The translations under genes and the position numbers were made by a program. Below the pieces are notes generated by a model. The model was not told the origin of the DNA. It saw only the letters and a program-made list of their open reading frames with translations, and searched no databases. Of a DNA stretch of 64,000 nt, positions 59,507 through 64,000 are shown one piece after another. The DNA is from Candidatus Sumerlaeaceae bacterium (GTDB taxonomy: Bacteria > Sumerlaeota > Sumerlaeia > Sumerlaeales > Sumerlaeaceae). The DNA is taken from NCBI GenBank assembly GCA_051003195.1, contig JBPCLP010000047.1:160401-224400 (forward strand), given 5' to 3'. Each line of letters opens with the position of its first letter. Within the stretch, counting starts at the first letter, position 1.

Positions 59507-60525
59507 ACCTCGATGGTTTGTATCAATTGGTCGTTTGCGCAGCAGTCCACGTTTGGCTATTAACACCATCATGCCAAGCCGCGGATGCTGATCTCCTACT
59601 CCGCGTCGTTGATGTTGGTGCCGGAGAATGCTGTATTGCTAAACTTCCCGGTGGGCATTATATCATCTACGATGCCGGCAATTATCAGGACGGCGGAAAG
59701 TCGGCGCTTAAAGCTATTCATGAGTTTATCCCGAAAGGATCCGACATCGAGCTTCTCGTGCTCAGCCACACCGATGCAGATCATGTGGCAGCAGTTCCCG
59801 GCATCTGTGCCGATTATCACGTTAAGCGCGCTATCAGAAGCGGTTTTGCAAGAGATACAGATAACTGGAGGAATGCACTGGCCGCTTTGAAAGAGGAACA
59901 TGATAGTGAAGGTGCTCTTGATATAAATCTGGCGGAGGAAGCGCTACCGCCAGGAGCAACGTATCAATTTGGCGAAACCTTTGCGACAATGGTCTCTGGT
60001 TTTTCGTTTCCTCCCGACGATTGGGACTTGGATGATGAACCCGAGAGAATGAATGCGGGAAGTATTGTGATTCGACTTTTGTATCGCGGCAGATCAATTA
60101 TTCTTTGCGGTGATGCGGTTGGCAGACACATCGGCGACCCGGACAATACTTGTCTGGCTACCGAGAAATACATGCTCGATCGCGCTCCGGCCGTGCCAAT
60201 TGACTCGGATGTACTTGTGGCTCCGCACCACGGAGCGGACAATGGCAGTTCTGCACCCTTTATTAAGGCTGTGAGTCCGGAGTTTGTGATATTTTCAGCC
60301 GGTCATCGACACGCCCACCCCAGAGCTGATGCGGTGCAACGGTATCTTGATAGTGGCATGGCAGCCACCAGGATCTTTCGAACGGATTTGGGAGATGATG
60401 AAGGTGTGAAAGAATGGGACGGCGGAAGAGTCCCGGCGTTAAAAGACGGGCGCGGCGATGATGACATTGATGTGGTAATTACGTCTGATGGAAAAGTGTC
60501 CGTAGCATACCGTTCACAGAACTGA
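59503..60525 (+). CDS. ComEC/Rec2-like metallo-beta-lactamase-fold hydrolase
   Basis: DVGAGE, YDAG, SHTDADH, GDA, APHHG and HAHP. ATGA overlap with the patatin gene. Confidence 0.85.
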   Translation: MNLDGLYQLVVCAAVHVWLLTPSCQAADADLLLRVVDVGAGECCIAKLPGGHYIIYDAGNYQDGGKSALKAIHEFIPKGSDIELLVLSHTDADHVAAVPGICADYHVKRAIRSGFARDTDNWRNALAALKEEHDSEGALDINLAEEALPPGATYQFGETFATMVSGFSFPPDDWDLDDEPERMNAGSIVIRLLYRGRSIILCGDAVGRHIGDPDNTCLATEKYMLDRAPAVPIDSDVLVAPHHGADNGSSAPFIKAVSPEFVIFSAGHRHAHPRADAVQRYLDSGMAATRIFRTDLGDDEGVKEWDGGRVPALKDGRGDDDIDVVITSDGKVSVAYRSQN

Positions 60526-60708
60526 CCTCGGAACCATCCAATAGGTACTGAAAGCTTTGGAGGGATATATGAAGCGATGCATAATTCTTACCAACGTTAT
60601 ATTTACCAGTCTTTCAACTGCTGTGGCGCAAGAGGCGCCAGCCTGTCAATTACAGGGCCAACCGATTCATTTAAACGCAGTCTTGTTTGCATTCGGGGAG
60701 CAAAAGCA

Positions 60709-62214
60709 ATGAATCAATTGAAATCCATGTTTCGTCGTTTGACCAGCGATGAAAGTGGCGCAGCTGTAAATTGGGGCGGTTCGGCCGCACGAACGCGAAG
60801 CGCAGAATTTCATAAACTGCAACCGCGATACGACAAACTTACTATTCAAATCACTCTACTTGCATTCTTGGTCGCAACCGTAGTTACGGCCACTGCTGCG
60901 ATGTCAAACAATAGGGCAGCCGCAGTAGTGTGGTGCTTTAGTCTTTCGTCGTTCGGCTTCTTAACTGGCTTCCTGTTTGGCATACCCAAAGTCGTCCGAG
61001 AAGCTGTAAACGTCGAAACCAGACGTTCAGATTCACAGGAAAGAGCGGATGGTGGCGTTTCATCGTCTCAAACTTCGCAAACGTCCACTTCTAATCTCAG
61101 CACCTCAACGGCTTCAGAAGCGGTTCGGAGTCCAAAAGCGAGTGCAGCCGCCAGGGGTACGCTCGCGGTTAATACTAATCTGGAAGAGATCTCCGACTGG
61201 CTCACAAAAATAATCGTTGGATTAGGACTGGTTGAACTTCGCAGCATGCCTGATCGACTCCACCATCTGGCTCTGAGTATTGCTGGCTCGCTTGGGAGTT
61301 CCGGTACAGCGCAAAGTACCTATGCGACGTCGCTTGCACTAGGGATGATCGTGGGTTTCCCATCCATCGGCTTTCTTGGAGGCTACCTAAGCACGCGGCT
61401 CTTTCTGCAGCGGGAGTTTTCAAAGGCGGACGAAGAAACAACGAAATCATCGACTGTAACGGAGACAATTGGAGCGACAGGCGTGCATGATATCGTAATG
61501 GGCGCACAATTTCAAGAAACGAATGATGGCGGAACAATCGCTTTAACGGACCATGCGCGGGTACTGGCAGAAAAAGTTGCCAATTTAACGCTTTCGGATG
61601 CCAAGAGTCCAGATGAGCTTTCTGCGCTTGGATTAGCCAAAATGGAGAAGAGGAACTTTACTGATGCGGTTGCCGCCTTTGCCAAGGCCGTTGAAGCTCG
61701 CCCAGAAGTCTTACAGCTGCGCATACAGTATGCATATGCGCTGTGGCAAACCAAGACTCCACAGCAGGAACTTGAGAAACAGTTGGAGAGTATTGAAAGA
61801 CTGGCAACGGTAACACCCGACCAAGCATTAAAAGAACAAGCTTACCAAGCGTTGCTCTTCCTGTCGCTATACTTAGCATCTCCGACGAGTTACGAAATGG
61901 CATTGCGGACGCTGGAGAAATATGAAACTGCAGAGTCGACACTAAATGTTGGCTCGTACGTTAACGCCGCATGTGCCTACGGACAAAAATACATATTCCT
62001 AAAGTCGAACGCGAGTTCCGATCCGAAGGAACTCGAAATCACCCGCCGTCGAGCCTTGGAATACGTGCAAAAAGCAGTTGCTGCCGATCCGAAATGGGCG
62101 CCAGGACGGATTGCTGAACTCATGCAACCAGGAACCGATGATGATCTGACGGCATTTGCGGGGGATCCGGAGTTTGAGAAGGCCATTGGAAAGGCTGAAG
62201 AAAAGGAGACATGA
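60709..62214 (+). CDS. Multi-pass membrane protein with C-terminal TPR-like region
   Basis: TM helices, GFLFGIPK, NTNLEEISDWLTKIIVGLGL, TPR-like helices. GGGGAG RBS before 60709. Confidence 0.75.
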   Translation: MNQLKSMFRRLTSDESGAAVNWGGSAARTRSAEFHKLQPRYDKLTIQITLLAFLVATVVTATAAMSNNRAAAVVWCFSLSSFGFLTGFLFGIPKVVREAVNVETRRSDSQERADGGVSSSQTSQTSTSNLSTSTASEAVRSPKASAAARGTLAVNTNLEEISDWLTKIIVGLGLVELRSMPDRLHHLALSIAGSLGSSGTAQSTYATSLALGMIVGFPSIGFLGGYLSTRLFLQREFSKADEETTKSSTVTETIGATGVHDIVMGAQFQETNDGGTIALTDHARVLAEKVANLTLSDAKSPDELSALGLAKMEKRNFTDAVAAFAKAVEARPEVLQLRIQYAYALWQTKTPQQELEKQLESIERLATVTPDQALKEQAYQALLFLSLYLASPTSYEMALRTLEKYETAESTLNVGSYVNAACAYGQKYIFLKSNASSDPKELEITRRRALEYVQKAVAADPKWAPGRIAELMQPGTDDDLTAFAGDPEFEKAIGKAEEKET

Positions 62215-62459
62215 GAATGCCAAGCTCGCACGAACTTCATGCGTGCAGGGAGTGCTTGGCCGTGACTACCTCGGCTCACTTATCGCCAGAGGCTTGTTCG
62301 CGGAGAGAAATAGCCAAAAGTTGAGAATGACAGTGGGTTAAAAAAGCAGCGCATCCTGACTGTGTATAATACGCCAGGAAAGTTTGGGATTCGCGTTAAT
62401 CCTATGGTGCGATGGTGCAGCTTCATTGCAATTGTATCCTAGTGTGCTATGGTGTTCGC

Positions 62460-62951
62460 ATGCTTCGACTCATAATACCAGACTTGGAGTTTAGCGCAAC
62501 TTACCTTGCCGGGATGCGTGAAATTATTGGGGATTGTCCCGATCTTGCCGCAGACTATTCTGTCGTCGATATTCCGGATCAAATTGAGCGCTGGAAATCT
62601 TTGGCTCAAACAAGCGAGGAAGCGCGCTTTCAATATTGGCTAATGGACAACGATGAATTCATTGGGACGGTACAGATTCGAAAAGCAACTTCGGGCCGTA
62701 TCCCTGAGACTTCTTCTAATATTGGATATTTTCTCAAGCCATCGCGTGAGGACGAACCCACGCTAATTAGACTTTTTGAATTGACAGTGGAGGAGGCGCG
62801 AATACTTGGCATTCGCCAACTTGTTGTTGCCTGCGGTGAGGGAGACTATTGTATTGAAACTCTGATAAAGCAAATGGAGAGCGACCTTCTAACTTCGGCC
62901 ACCCTTGTAAACTCCGGGCAACGAGTAAATCGTTATTCCATCCAGCTGTAA
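62460..62951 (+). CDS. Divergent GNAT-fold protein
   Basis: QYWLMDNDEFIGTVQIR and NIGYFLKPSRE. The acetyl-CoA motif looks degenerate. Confidence 0.65.
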   Translation: MLRLIIPDLEFSATYLAGMREIIGDCPDLAADYSVVDIPDQIERWKSLAQTSEEARFQYWLMDNDEFIGTVQIRKATSGRIPETSSNIGYFLKPSREDEPTLIRLFELTVEEARILGIRQLVVACGEGDYCIETLIKQMESDLLTSATLVNSGQRVNRYSIQL

Positions 62952-62977
62952 AAAACACATACTTCAAGACGGTACAG

Positions 62978-63367
62978 CTAAACGTCGTTATGGTCCTGCC
63001 CGATATGTTGGCCAGCACCATCATTCTGGCACACCGCCACGCATCGGCGCTCCGCCTGTCCGTCTTTTCCACTGGTAACAAATCGCCAATTCGTTTCAAT
63101 TACCCGAGCTTGATCAAACTCGCTGGCTTTTTGGGGTTTTGCAATCAGGACCCGGTTCTCCATATCACAGGATTCAACGAGGATTTCATCGTCTGACAAG
63201 TGGAAGTGATTGTGCAACAGCATGACTCCGAAACGATCTGCGCATCGGTGCTTGTAAAGCACGTCACGAACCGCATCAAGGCACTCTCTTTCCTGATCTG
63301 TAAGCGGACTCACTTCATGGATGTCAGGCAAATCGTTGTAACTGAGAACCGCTAAAGCATTACTCAT
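62978..63367 (-). CDS. Conserved-looking hypothetical protein with C-terminal CxxxC...H tail
   Basis: RFGVMLLHNHF, EILVESCD and IETNWRF; AGGAG RBS. Confidence 0.7.
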   Translation of the reverse strand: MSNALAVLSYNDLPDIHEVSPLTDQERECLDAVRDVLYKHRCADRFGVMLLHNHFHLSDDEILVESCDMENRVLIAKPQKASEFDQARVIETNWRFVTSGKDGQAERRCVAVCQNDGAGQHIGQDHNDV

Positions 63368-63659
63368 GTATCATTCTCCTGTGAGAATATAAGCGGCTGT
63401 ATAGCCCTTTAAAATTACCCTTCGGTATTGGCGGCCAAGTCAACAGCGGAATTGAACGGGGCTTCGCGGATGACGCGTGAGATAGTGCTAAATTGGCCGG
63501 TCTGAGCCAAACCCTTCCACCTTTTCGGCCGATGCTAATGGATTTGGGCGCCAGGGAAAATTCCGGTGGTAAAGGCCGTAGTACTCGTCGCACGTGCCCG
63601 CTGAACTCCGCCGTACGTCATTGATTGATTTTAGGAGTCTTCGATGCTCGAAACACCAA

Positions 63660-63704
63660 ATGGCAACAAGTGGGTGCAGCGTAAAGCCTGTACTCCGAAC
63701 GGGG
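63660..63704. other. Right att junction
   Basis: Element half ATGGCAACAAGTGG-GTGCAGCGT, central AA, host half AGCCTGTACTCCGAACGGGG. Confidence 0.8.
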
Positions 63705-63737
63705 GCCACCAACCACTCTCACACTCCGCACTCAAAA

Positions 63738-63851
63738 GTACTCCCCAATCCGCACTCCGCAATCCGCATTCGAAAGTACTCCGCAATCCGCACTCCGAAA
63801 TCCGCATTCGAAAGTACTCCGCACTCCGCATTCCGAAATCCGCATTCGAAG
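63738..63851. repeat. Three 38-bp units built from TCCGCAH/TCCGAAA heptamers
   Basis: Units start with GTACTCC at 63738, 63776 and 63814. Confidence 0.85.
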
Positions 63852-63852
63852 G

Positions 63853-63901
63853 CACTACCCACTAACCACTAACCACTAACCACTAACCACTAACCACGAA
63901 C
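63853..63901. repeat. Heptamer tandem repeat (CACTAAC)x5 plus degenerate copies
   Basis: Direct reading. The same heptamer occurs near 47488-47500. Confidence 0.9.
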
Positions 63902-64000
63902 CACTGCCCCCTACCCCCCGGCCCAACAAAAACCGCGAATAACACGAAAGCCATGCGGTAAGGGAACTCGCTTTGCAAGTGTGCCTGCCAGGGAAACGTG

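Larger units (their letters stand above)
47552..63691. mobile_element. ~16.1-kb integrative element with large serine recombinase
   Basis: 10-bp direct repeat TAAAGCCTGT at 47552-47561 and 63682-63691. Internal 14-bp inverted repeats at 47564-47577 and 63660-63673. Recombinase at the left end, accessory cargo inside. Confidence 0.85.

Noticed and set aside
63360..63620. Decayed HTH gene continuing the recombinase frame in the circular form
   Set aside because: An in-frame TGA intervenes and no HTH pattern is recognisable.
63594..63872. ORFs with PHSAIR-like repeats
   Set aside because: They are translations of heptamer repeats spanning the att junction.

Overview
GC-rich bacterial chromosome segment, probably from Candidatus Sumerlaeota (BRC1). 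The taxon is an inference from the pseudopilin-like protein and a C-terminal 'V-x-N/D-W-x-x-Y' tail. Positions 1-16 kb and 26-33 kb are mostly housekeeping genes (C25 peptidase, hisH, trpC, trpD, nadE, gatC, rfaE2-like, amaP/asp23, leuS, prs, thrB, GH97, PfkB, LacI). At 17-26 kb a non-canonical J-TPR/GrpE/Hsp70 operon lies upstream of an HExxH protein and four tandem acidic all-helical proteins. The 34-45 kb region holds a kinase-cNMP gene, a class III cyclase-NTPase-TPR gene and a large S8 protease. The best-supported novelty is a ~16.1-kb large-serine-recombinase element at 47552-63691. Both junctions are readable, and it has integrated at the central AA of a REP-like palindrome (CAGGCT-AA-AGCCTG). 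Its reconstructed attP is a 48-bp site with perfect 14-bp inverted arms, and the recombinase stop codon is created by integration. Cargo includes VirD4-like ATPases, a cupin-HTH-AlaX operon and a patatin/MBL/membrane-TPR candidate defence module. Several families of nested intergenic palindromic repeats are present. I recognised no tRNA, rRNA or CRISPR array. All calls come from motif reading only; no database searches were run.
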